A stretch of 64,000 bases of DNA from Epiperipatus broadwayi (lineage: Eukaryota; Animalia; Onychophora): the NCBI GenBank assembly GCA_028023455.1, contig JAQFVV010000003.1, positions 12,772,001-12,836,000 of the forward strand. Reading direction: 5' to 3'. Made by a program: the position numbers and the translations under genes. Positions 27,951-39,672 of the stretch are shown piece by piece. Each line of letters opens with the position of its first letter. Position 1 is the first letter of the stretch. Under the pieces are notes generated by a model. The model did not search any database. It was not told where the DNA came from and was given only the letters and a program-made list of their open reading frames with translations.

Positions 27951-30900
27951 CAGCCTTAATGAATATTATAAAATTACAAAGTTATTCTGTTCATAAATTC
28001 AAAAATAAAATTAAAGAAAAAATAAGTTCAATAAAGACCTATAAATGAATCTCTTATTGTAATGGATTGTGGTTTTGTTTTTTTAATATTTTAGTACAAT
28101 GATTGTTTATACTTTATTATAATTAATTCTTTTAAAAAATTATATCTAACTACTAAATGGAGTAAACAGGAAAAATTACTAGAAAAGAAAGAAGTTTTTC
28201 AGTTTTTTTAAAAGATTGCATTTAATTGCTAATTGGAAATGAAAAAGTAAACATTAAATAGGCTGATCTGCATTTTAAACCAACAATTTAAAAAGGAGAT
28301 TAATCTACAAAATTGTTTTTATTGTTTAGTTATTTCTGTATAAAAAATTTGTACAAATATAAAAATAAGCAAATACAGTATTTTAAAATTTTGTTCTTTT
28401 ATTTATCCTTTTTTATAGTATACAGAAAATATTTATATATATCGTGTATACAAAATCATAGATACTAGAATTAATTGTTTAAATTTTTAGCTGAATTTTA
28501 CATACTTTTTTTTAAAAAATAAGGTTTTATTGCTGAAATTCAAAAAATTCGCAATCCAAAAAATTTTTGGTTTAATTATTTTATTTGTATTTTGTTCATT
28601 GGTTGTGTTAATCGAAGAACAGAGACAGAATTCTCCACTGTTCTTTTTTTTTTCCATATGCCATAGCATCGGCCGTTCTTCACTGTTTCTTAATCATTTT
28701 CTAATATACTTAACTAAAGTAATTATATATAACTTTTTCATTATTTTTGTAAATATAAGAACCGAAATAGAAGCCTCCTTTGTTCTCAACTTTGTGATTT
28801 ATATTCATAAGTTTTTAAAGCACTTAAATTCAAGAGCTATGTCTGTCATACCTAGGAAAAGGAAGAAAAATTTCCATCTTTATATTTAACTGGACAAATA
28901 TGATTACATTTTTGAGGAATATATTCTAGAGTTGTGGCTATGCCAAGATTTTTCAATATTTTGTGGTAATTTTGTTATCTTAAGGAGGGAAATATAAGAA
29001 ACTTTTAGAATATATCAAAAATGATAAAAGGAATAGTTTGAATAATATAATACTAGTCTTGTTACATGTTAATAATCTTATAAATATATTAGTTTGAATA
29101 AGAAAACAAGAATTAGAGAAAAGGAAACAGATTAACAAGAAAGTGTAAAAGTGGGATATATTTTTTCTTGTATATTATTTAATTATATTCTTATATTTGT
29201 TCTCATATATTATTTGATTATATTCTTGAAGAGAATTGCAAATACAGTTTTAATACATTCTCTTTATTTCTTAGCATTATCTGCAAATTTTGTTAATGAA
29301 ATAACAATAAAAAATGATGATAAAGGATTTATAGTATACTCAGAAATTATTACACTCTCTTTATATCTTCTGTAAGCACATTTGCAATTTCTGTTCTCTT
29401 GTACTATCTATTCTTTTTTTTTCCCAAAGTACTCCATCATTTGTTAATTTCTTGCTTGTTTAAAATTGTCCTGAAGTATACCATCTCAAGTTTTTGTAAT
29501 TGTGTAGAATTCTATTCTTACAATAAGAGAATCAATCCACTATGGTATTTCATCATTCTAATTGTTTATTTAATATATTTTCCTGACAAAATTCTTTATT
29601 TGGTCAAATTTTGTTCTTACTTGTGTGATGTAATTAAGTTATATTTTATTATTATCAACTTAATCAAGATTTTTATTATTACTCTTCCATGACAGTTTAG
29701 GACAATTATAGAATGATAGATTCAAAAGTTAAACTTTCTTGGCTGGAAATATAATCTCCTGTCTCAGTGCTTGAACCTCATATGACCTCTAAATTATTAA
29801 TTTAATGATTTTATTTTATCATTATACTAGATTACAAAGAGAAAATTAAAATAGAATTAAACCAACAGGAAAGAAATCATTTTGAAGAAAAAGTTGAATG
29901 GAAATGTATACTAATAATATCTCTCTTTCAATGTCATAAGTCACAATGTAAATTGTGAGTTAAATCATTAAATAATGAAGGGCAGTGCAACTAGACTATC
30001 AAAACTATTTGCTATCCACTGCGACTTTTTCTGGTGAATTACTTTTACTATCTATTGATTTTATTCACTGCTTACTTTGTTGCTCATAAAATTTGAAGAG
30101 AAGTATTACTGCTATCTAATTATGTAAAGTGAATGGAAAATATTAAATGTTCGTTGTTGTTTTTTTAGGCATCATTCTACTAAAATATTAAAAGTGAATG
30201 CAGTAACTGAAGCCATCAAAATATATATTGGTCTCATATTAGCTCTATTGATCTGCACAATTAATTGATTTGAGTTTAAAAACTATAGGTTTTTAAATTT
30301 TTAAGTCCCTGGTTTTAAATAGCAGAATAAGAGTAAAAGCTGTCCTCTGAATAGAAATCACTGCCTGTCTAAAGTCCAAAATTACTTAAACTATGGAAAT
30401 CAATGTGCAGTTTCTCTAGTAGATAGTTAGGCAATTATAGAGTTGAAAATTGACTCAGGAAAAATATAGTCAAGAACACCTTGAGATTCTTAATTATACT
30501 TTTACACAGAAATTTCAAAATCCAGTTAAAAGCTCTTTTAAAATGCTTATATCATTATCAAAACTAATGGCAATTTAACATGAAAAGCAAAATTTGATCT
30601 AAATAATTTTGCTATTGATATTCAAAATTTGCAAATTACAATACTATTTTTTACTGATTCATTTTGAAGTTTCAATAAATGATGCTTCCTTGATTTTTTT
30701 TTTTTTTAGCACCCTCTATTTCTGCACGTATTATTCTGAGATTATTAACTGAGAATATATGACCAGTATTCATCTCATTATCCCAGAAAACTCTAATTTA
30801 AATGAAAGCAGACTTGGCCCTATAGTATACTTATGTATGCTAGTTCTTGTCTTCATATACTCATATGGGTATGTAAGTTTTAGGCATTTAATTATATACA

Positions 30901-31677
30901 TGACATTAGAATGCTCCATTTATCTTGAAATCAAGTGGAATCATTAAACTTATTTTGAAATCATTAAAACAAATAACTTTAATTTGTCATGTGACCTTAG
31001 GAAGTTAAGGTTGAAATATCCATTTTTTGTCATTATAATCATAATTAATTTAAGTAAATAGATGATTAAAACTATCAACTTATTTATAAATAGCATTATT
31101 ATTATTTCCAATATCTAATAAGTCCTGAACATATTTACTTAAATTTAACTATTCTTTCATGAACATGTCTACACAATCTATGATTGCAGATAAGAAAATC
31201 TCAAAAATCACCCATTTTATGGCAAAATGGACCATGAATTTATGGTACACATAATCATTTAGTCCAACAATATTTAAAATTACTTTTTCTCTTAATAATG
31301 AAAGTGTAAATGCAAGTATTTAAGCATATTACCAATTGTTTATTCTACAACATTTTTAAATATATTTTAATTTTGTAGATCTATGAAAATATTATTAATA
31401 GTATTATTGGGACTACAGATAAAGATATCATTATACCTCTTAAATATTTGGATAGGTATTGAAAACAAATATGGAATTATTTAAATGGATTGATTTATGT
31501 ATATGTAATATTTTTAAATTATCTGTGTTTGTTTTTGATTGATAAATCTATAATTAATATTAATAATTGAATTATTGAAGAAAATTTCCAATTTTAATTT
31601 TTATATTTTATAGATATATGTAACAAATTTGCCATATTTGCTTAGTAATTTTTCCTTTTTTTTTTTCTTTTTTGTAG

Positions 31678-32715
31678 AATCGCCATACAATCAAATGTTT
31701 ATGGACTTCTTTTAACCTTGTTACATTACCAGTTTTGTATTTCTTTACATTTTTTTATTATACAGATGCCGGTTCAGTATTTTTCGTTTTGTTAATGTAT
31801 CTCTTTTTTCTTCATAATCGTAATGGACTTGCAGCATTAGCTGGTGTTATCGCAGTTATGATGCGTCAAACTAATATTTTATGGATTATATTTGTTGGAG
31901 GGGAAGTAGCACTTAAAATCATTTTATCTCAAGGTCATTTTGATAAGAGAGTTAAAAAAGAAAAAGTTTTATTTTTAAAAGTGTTTATTGAACATCATTT
32001 AAAAAATTCTTTTAATAACAACGTCAAAGTTTTATATCGAGTAATTTTACATACTTGGGCTTATCTTTCAGTTGGAATTGGTTTTATTATTTTTGTAATT
32101 GTCAATAATGGTATTGTTGTGGGTGACCGTTCTTCACATCAGGCCTGTTTCCACTTGCCTCAGTTTTTTTACTGCATATCCTTTATTTTTTGCTTCTCTT
32201 TCCCATTATTCTTATCATTATATAAAATGAAAGCTTGGTGCAAATATTTGATTGATAATCATAAGTTAATGACAATTTTAACATTATTATGTGTAATTGC
32301 TGTTAAATTTTTCACTTACGCTCATCCATATTTATTGGCTGATAATCGTCATTATACATTTTACATTTGGAAAAATATTTTTCAACAGCATTATTTGGTA
32401 AAATTTTTTCTCATTCCAGGTTACATTTTTGCTGCATGGCAAGAGTTACAGCTGATCTCTCATAAAAATATCTTATGGAAAATATTATTTATTTTAATCA
32501 TATTAATGGCCACAGTACCTCAGAAACTTTTAGAGTTTCGATATTTCATCCTACCATTCTTGTTCTACAGAATTCATATTCCACTTCAAAAGTATAAAAC
32601 TTTGATTACAGAGTTAATTTTATACATTTTTATAAATAGTTTTACTATTTTTTTATTTATCAAAAAGACTTTTTATTGGAAGGACTCACAAGATCCACAA
32701 AGAATTATGTGGTGA
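31678..32715 (+). CDS. ALG10: ALG10 exon 3 (terminal coding exon)
   Basis: Long polypyrimidine acceptor, then NRHTIKCLWTSFNLVTLPVLYFFTFFYYTDAGS...RQTNILWI...GIVVGDRSSHQACFHLPQFFY...HPYLLADNRHYTFYIWK...PQKLLEFRYFILPF...QRIMW*. These are typical DIE2/ALG10 motifs. The joined CDS is about 459 aa. Confidence 0.96.
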   Translation, partial: NRHTIKCLWTSFNLVTLPVLYFFTFFYYTDAGSVFFVLLMYLFFLHNRNGLAALAGVIAVMMRQTNILWIIFVGGEVALKIILSQGHFDKRVKKEKVLFLKVFIEHHLKNSFNNNVKVLYRVILHTWAYLSVGIGFIIFVIVNNGIVVGDRSSHQACFHLPQFFYCISFIFCFSFPLFLSLYKMKAWCKYLIDNHKLMTILTLLCVIAVKFFTYAHPYLLADNRHYTFYIWKNIFQQHYLVKFFLIPGYIFAAWQELQLISHKNILWKILFILIILMATVPQKLLEFRYFILPFLFYRIHIPLQKYKTLITELILYIFINSFTIFLFIKKTFYWKDSQDPQRIMW

Positions 32716-34472
32716 AATTTAAGAAAAATTGATGTAAATTATAAATGATCAAATTGTAAATATAATGTATGTTTAGATAAGCTTTTAGGAACTGTCATTT
32801 ATTTTATTTTACAGAACTGTCTATATTAATTTAAGTAGACAATGGATACTAGATAGTAATGCTGTAATCTATATTTTCAGACTAATGTTTTCATTAGTGA
32901 TAAATTTTGGACTATTTATACCTACGCATCTAATAGCCACTTTTAATTCTTTTACATTATCAGGTTAATAACATAAAATACACACCAAAGTTTTGAAATT
33001 AAGTCAATTTGCTTACTTAATATTATAGATTTGATATTGGGGGGGGGGGGGGAGTAATTTCAGGCTAGTAGTTGTGTAGTATAAAAAAGTCAAAGATACT
33101 GGATATGTAAAGGTAAGCAAGGCTACTGTAAGAATACATGCTGTCTTTAGGTAAATGCTACTTTATTGGCTTCCAATCACAATTAAATAATATTTAAAAC
33201 AATATTTTTACACATTTTAAATATTTTATTTCAATTTAATGTTATAAACATAAAGTAACAGATCTGTGTATTGTTACAAATGAATCAGTAATATAAATAC
33301 ATATTTTGACAAATTTTAAATAAAAGTTAGTATAATTTATATTAAATAACATTATAAAAAATTAATGAAAATGATAAATAGATTATTGCATACACATTTA
33401 TATTAACATAATATATTAAAACAAACTTTTTTTTGCTTTTTTCATAGCAAATTCAATAAATAATTTCCAATTCTAAAATTTATTCAATATTTTTTTTAAA
33501 TAAATGAATTGTCAAACAAAAAAATTTTTTTAAAAAATTTTTTAATTTAAAAATTTTTCCTCTCAAAAAAAAAAAAACTCTTATGGAAATTGAAAATAGA
33601 GGTTGGGAGAATATTGAGAAATATGAAGAATAATTCTTGTTTTTTCTTTTTAAAAAAGAAAATATAAATAAATACATCTTTATTTGTTATCTAAATATCT
33701 GATAATTATAAGATTTAAAATACTCCATATATGTAATAGCTTTCTTAAGCATTGACCAAGTTACTTAATGTATTATTGCAGCCCTGTATATATGTTGTCC
33801 AAAACTTTATTGATAAAGATCATTAGTCCAAAACTAGTTTAGAATGTGGATTATTGCATTACCATTTAGTGTCTACTGATTATTCAAACTTATAATAGTT
33901 AGTTCTGGATAATGTAACAAAAGTGAATTACTATTCCTAAAGATATAGAAGAGCATCATGGGATGTATTATTCATTTATATTTATATGTAATATATGTAA
34001 GAGAAAATTAAAACAAAGGTGTATATCACTTTTTTAGAACCATCTTTGAGCAAGCCTTCCACTATTCCAAATCTTTATGAATTCCTGTCTTAAGATGATG
34101 AAAAATTGTTAAATTTTGTCATTGTTGTTCTTAGCAAATAAGATATAAAAAAAATTGTCTTTACTTTTTGACTTTTCTCCTGCATTTTTTTTTATTAATT
34201 ATTAATATTCACAAAATCTTATATTAAGATTATGTTATGAATCAATGATCTTCAAATAAATTCTATACTAAGAAGAATCAAAAAGTAAAGTTAAGGCAAA
34301 CAAAAGATTTCTGATTGATTTCAGATAAAAACGAAATGTTTATACATATAGTGTGAACTTTTCATTCTTTTTTGTTTAACAAGATTTTTTAATGTTGAGT
34401 TTTTAGAATGTCATTCTCAAGAATATTTTTAAAAATTGCTAACCTGTGAACTGTATTTAGTGTCCTGTAGAG

Positions 34473-34658
34473 CAGCGGTTCTCAATCTGTGGATCGCGAC
34501 CTCTTTGAGGATCGAGCAATCCTTTCACAGGTGTCGCCTAAGACCATTGGAAAATACATTTTCTATACATAACAGTAGCAAAATTAAAGGTTGGGGGTCA
34601 CCACAACATAAGGAACTGTATTAAAGGGTCGCAGCATTAGGAAGGTTGAGAGCCACTG
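34473..34658 (+). mobile_element. Non-autonomous hAT MITE, SPIN/URR1-like
   Basis: TIRs CAGCGGTTCTCAA / TTGAGAGCCACTG. The 3' half GGTTGGGGGTCACCACAACATAAGGAACTGTATTAAAGGGTCGCAGCATTAGGAAGGTTGAGAGCCACTG is nearly the same as the URR1/SPIN_NA consensus as I recall it. The 8-bp flanks ctgtagag/acatagag are a degenerate TSD. Confidence 0.8.
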
Positions 34659-37499
34659 ACATAGAGTAGCATTTTTTTAAAAAAGTCATTTGTTGTTTTA
34701 CTACGAATGATTTTTCAACAACTGTTGCAAATTGATATCAATTATGGTATTGGAGATCCATATAAGAAAAGAATGCTAGAGTTCCATAATTTTTTTAAAG
34801 GAATATATAATGTAAATATGCTCCCCCCCCCCTTTTTTTTTTTTTTTAAATAGAACTGTCTATAAAGAAACACTTTTTTTTTCTGTAAAAGAAAAAACAC
34901 TTGATAATGTCTGAACTTTTTTCTTTATTATTGAAAGTCAGAAATTTTATTTTTAATGACATTTGAAAACAACATTGAATGTGAATAACAGTTCAAACAG
35001 TAGCCTGTTTTACATGGCGAATTTTGTAAAAAAAAAATTGATGTATTTTTTTTTTTAATGCAACTAATGATTTTTATTTATATAATTAAATAAATTGATT
35101 TTATATTTGTAAGTTATGTAGAATAGGATTTTAATTAAAAATTATTATATATCAGTGATGAATTCTTCATTGTAATTAATTGAGATGATATATTTTATTT
35201 TTGCTGAAGTTTTTTTTTTTTCAAAAAACACTCAATTTTTTTTTACTATTATTACTATTTTCAATCCTATTACAGTGATAACATTATTGTTAGATCAGTC
35301 AATATCCAATATCAGTAAATTTTTTTTTAATCATTTTATTTCATAGTGCAAGAAATACCAAGTTCAACCCAAAAATTTGCGTTAAAAGAGCAGCATCTTT
35401 TTTAGAACAATTATTATTTAAGCTTTGGCTATAATATCTGAATCATGTTCTGATATGATGCTTAAGTTTTTGATTTATCCTTTCATTGATATATTACTAC
35501 ACTCCTAGATGTAGGCTATCAATTTGTCAATATAATTCCTAAAGCGATTGCAAAATGTACTTCTTTAGGGGAATTCACATTTTCCCTACAATATGTGAAT
35601 TTCCTTAGTATTATTTCACAACTTTGTTGCTTATCCTCTTCACTGGCAAAGCAGCCATATTGAATATTTAAAAAATTATGTTAAGCCACAAATTTTATCA
35701 TAACTTAAGTTTGTATTATTCAAAAATGATATAATATATATTGTTTGAAACTTAAACACCAAAGAATGTAATTAAGCTGAAAAAAATATAGTCATTGATA
35801 TTCAAAGTAATAAAAAAAAGAATAAAAGTTAATATTTCTAATAATTATTTTCATATTATTTCATAAATTCAAAATTATCATGCATAAATTTTAAAACTAT
35901 AATTTTGTTAGTAGGTTAGTTGCATTCATCATTAAATTTCTAATAAATTAGTATATAATAACACCTAAGATAATCCATCACTTGAACACTCCATAGAATA
36001 AAGATATTAGTACCTTTCAATTTTCTTAGTAGCCCTTCAAAATGTTTTTTCCATGCAGGTGTTTGCAATGAACATGTCATCCCTAATAACAAGTAGTTAA
36101 TATTGATCAATAATTAGAATAATTTGAATATTATAATAAAGAACTTCAATAGTTTGTAATTTATTAAAAATTACTACTAAAATAGTTACTATATACAAAA
36201 TAAAATAAAAAGTGAATGAAATACTAAATTCATTATAGAGTTAAGCTTGAAGTATATAAGTTAGTAGTTTAGAGACAGTGCAATGTAGTATTATTTATTC
36301 TATATAGGTTTTGATGGCTCATATTACTTTATGCTACTATGACCATAAATTTAGTAATAGCTTCATCAACTGCTACCTCTCTATGCATTTGATATGCAGC
36401 TTTGAAATTTGCATTGCAGTAGTCTATAATTAGCCTAAGTTTATATACTATCAAAATCTTTACTTTTAGCATTTGCGTATTTTTATTATTATTATTAAAA
36501 TACAAGACATTATAGAAAAAAATCTAAATCAATTCATAATATTTGAAAAATATGCTTATCTTTGTCTCATATCAGAAGTCCAGATATCAGCTAATTCATA
36601 TACTGGACATTTGGACCCAAGCCCACACCATACCAAAAAATGCAGATAATTCACGATATAAATTTACACAATCATGAGCTATTTTCTTGATCAGCGTATA
36701 TGTTAGTTTCAATAATAATTTTTTCATATATTTTTTGTCAAAAGTAAATTTAATTAATTAAAAAATATATAAAATTAAATATTTACCATCTGCTCCCAAT
36801 AACGTTCATTCACCTTAAGCAGATCAATAAAATCTTGTATTTTTTTCCGATGTAAATTTCAGAGCAACTCCAATTCCATTAAAAATGAAAAACTGAGAGA
36901 AAAATAAAAAAATTCAATTTACTTGATCACAAAAATTATCGTAAAATTTTTAATTTTTATCATAGAAAAATGAAACTTACCTTTTGTGAAACTAGAAAGA
37001 AATATGGAAACAAAGATGTAAAAAGTGCATGCATAAACTGCATAGATTTCCACCAGTTTTAAACTGCTGGAAATGCATTTTAAAGTATTTAGAAGGAGTT
37101 TCTTTTATATGTAAAATGGCTTTTAAAATTGAATGTAGTAGTGTAATTAAACATTACAAGCTTTTTCTAATTACTCAAAATAAATCATTTCAAACAATCA
37201 TCTATTAATTCTATATATTATTTAAAAATTAATAATAGTTATCCTTTTCAGTTTATTTATTCATATGATGTTTGCAGGAAAATAAAATTGAATGAATATT
37301 TCATATTATCTTCATATTTCAAGGTAATAAACTATAAAGTGCACATGCTTATATATTTTACTAAATTGTCATTGCTTAATTGTTCTGTTTATATTGAAAG
37401 CAAAATCAATGTAAAAAAGATTATATGTCTTCCAAAACTAATAGGAAATTTTTATAGCAAGGCAAATCATACAAAAATTTCAAAGATTATTAGAAAATT

Positions 37500-38030
37500 A
37501 CATTCAACAATTCAAGGAATTACAGATAAATTTAATTGTAAGAGAAGAATGTGAAATGAAGAGATAGACATTTGTAAACCTATATAAACAAAAAAAAGTT
37601 GATTTTACAAATGCTATGAAATCCATATCAAAGTATAAAGATTTACTTCAAATGTTGTAAGTAAAGTTAGTAATTCTAGGATATTGAGAAGAGCAGATTA
37701 CTATGAAGCCATGGACAAATAAAAATAAGGGACACAAAAAAGGATTAAGAATTGCATCTTTTCATGTTTTCTTCACTGAATATAACTTGAAAAAGACAAA
37801 ATAATATGTAGGCCAATGTATGCAAGATTTAAATCTTTTTCTATATATTATTTTTTTTGGCCATGATTTCATTCTGGGTTTCTGCCCATGGTAGTCTGTT
37901 TTTCTCATTATCCTAAGGAAATCTTGATATACTTTGGCACAGATTTCATAGCATTTATGAAACTTTTATTTCTGTTGCTTATAATCTGTATTTTCCATTT
38001 TTTTCTTACAATTAAATTTATCACAGTCTT
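37500..38030. repeat. Old degenerate inverted repeat (foldback relic)
   Basis: gataaatttaattgtaaga...aaatgctatgaaatcc..caaagtat (37525-37640) is mirrored by atactttggcacagatttcatagcattt...tcttacaattaaatttatc (37930-38022). Confidence 0.55.
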
Positions 38031-38150
38031 TTGAATCATTATGTGTGTTTTTTCGCAGTGATTTATTTTGATGTGAAATTTTCACTTTTTAATTGTGTTT
38101 TTTGCACCAATTTTGCTTTTGATATTGAAATATTTTTTATAATGCTAGCC

Positions 38151-38471
38151 CAGGGGTCCCCAACCCTATGCCCGCGGGCACCATGGCACCCGCAGACCAT
38201 TTTACGTGTGCCCGCCACTATCCAAACACGATAAAAAATTATTTATCTGATACAAATAAATTTAATTTTTAAAATTTCTTATAAATTATTATATTATATT
38301 GTAATCAAATTGTAGGGCATACTATTATATGTTAAAATTTTATTTTTGAAATAAATATTTTTTTTGTACATTATGTGTATTATTAACAATATCCAATTAT
38401 AAATTTATATTGAAAAATAAATGGTGCCCGCCACCTGGACGGTATTATAGATTGTGCTCTTAAGTGCCCTG
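38151..38471 (+). mobile_element. hAT-type MITE
   Basis: Ends CAGGG...CCCTG, flanked by the perfect 8-bp duplication TGCTAGCC (38143-38150 and 38472-38479). Confidence 0.8.
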
Positions 38472-38530
38472 TGCTAGCCTAATTCAAATCCAGATCATAT
38501 ATAGATCCATATAAATACATGTATTTGTAA

Positions 38531-39672
38531 AACAGGCAAAACTCTCTATATACGTATTGCCACTCAGTGCAAGCCAGAGTAAGGCTTGTGCATAAAATCC
38601 CTATCTAGTGCCTACTCATCCTATATCCCCAGGCTAGTTTCTGGCTTGTGGCCTTCGTCAGTGAGGAGTCTTGTATCTGAGAGCACTGCACCTAGAACTT
38701 AGGATCTAATGCAACCCTCCAGCAGCCACCTTTTATCACTACTTAACTACAAAAGTATGAGACAAATTGAAAACACTATAATATTTTCAATCCAAGTTCA
38801 TCAGCTTATATAGTCATATAGGTCTAAACTCAGTTCAGTACCTATACATTTTGGTGTTTTTGGTTCTTTAATAATCACCATTATACTATTAGGCATGATT
38901 GGTTTTAAGCCAATAAACATCACATGATAACCATTTCTTATGCTTGTTGTTAACTGTTATTAAAACAGGCAAAACTCTATATATGTATTGCCACTCAGTG
39001 CAAACTAGAGTAATCAATAGGTGCCAAAAGATTTGTGCATAAAATCCCCATCTAGTGCCTACTCATACAATATCCCCAGACTAGTTTCTGGCTTGTGGCC
39101 TTCATCAGTGAGGAGCCTTCTGGAATCCATTGATTACTTTGGCTTGCACTGAGTGGCAATATGTATATAGAGTTTTGTCTGTTTTAATAACAGTTAAAAG
39201 CAAGCATAAGAAATGGTGATCATGTGATGTTTATTGGCTTAAAACCAATTCTGCCTAATAGGATAGTGGTGGCTATGGTTATTAAAGAACCAAAGACACC
39301 AAAATGTATAGGTACTGAACTGAATTCAGACCTATCTGATGAGCTTGGATTGAAAATATTATAGTTTTCAATTTAAGTGTCATAGTTTTGTAGTTAAGTA
39401 GAGATAAAAGGTGGCTGCTGGAGGGTTGCATTAGATCCTAAGATCTAGGTGCAGTGCTCTCAAATCCAAGGCTCTTCACTGAGCTGAGAAGGCCACAAGC
39501 CAGAAACTAGTCTGGGCATATTGGATGAGTAGGCACTAGATGGAGATTTTCTGCATAATCCTTCTGGCATCCGTTGATTACTCTGGCTTGCACTGAGTGG
39601 CAATATGTATATAGAGAGTTTTGCCTATTTTAATAACAATTAAGAGCAAGCATAAGAAATGGTGATCATGTG
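38531..39672. mobile_element. Palindromic insertion of tandem ~447-bp hammerhead-containing units (retrozyme / Penelope-like non-autonomous retroelement)
   Basis: Minus-strand units at 38531-39119 are joined to plus-strand units at 39114-39672. A perfect 14-bp TSD ACATGTATTTGTAA lies at 38517-38530 and 39673-39686. Three hammerhead motifs are present. Confidence 0.85.
39073..39114 (-). ncRNA. Minimal type I hammerhead ribozyme (apparently intact)
   Basis: TCCTCA-CTGATGA-A-GGC cacaa GCC-A-GAAA-CTAG-TC-TGGGGA. It has a 6-bp helix I (one G.U pair), the conserved CUGAUGA and GAAA cores, helix II, a palindromic CTAG in place of helix III, and a GUC cleavage triplet. Confidence 0.78.

Noticed and set aside
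28487-29692. Several 60-120 aa hydrophobic ORFs on both strands
   Set aside because: F/I/L/K-rich translations are expected from AT-rich DNA. There are no recognisable motifs or splice context.
36841-36892. In-frame TGA in an exon-like block considered as selenocysteine
   Set aside because: Neighbouring blocks also contain TAA/TAG stops and frameshifts, and no SECIS was recognised. Decay is the simpler explanation.
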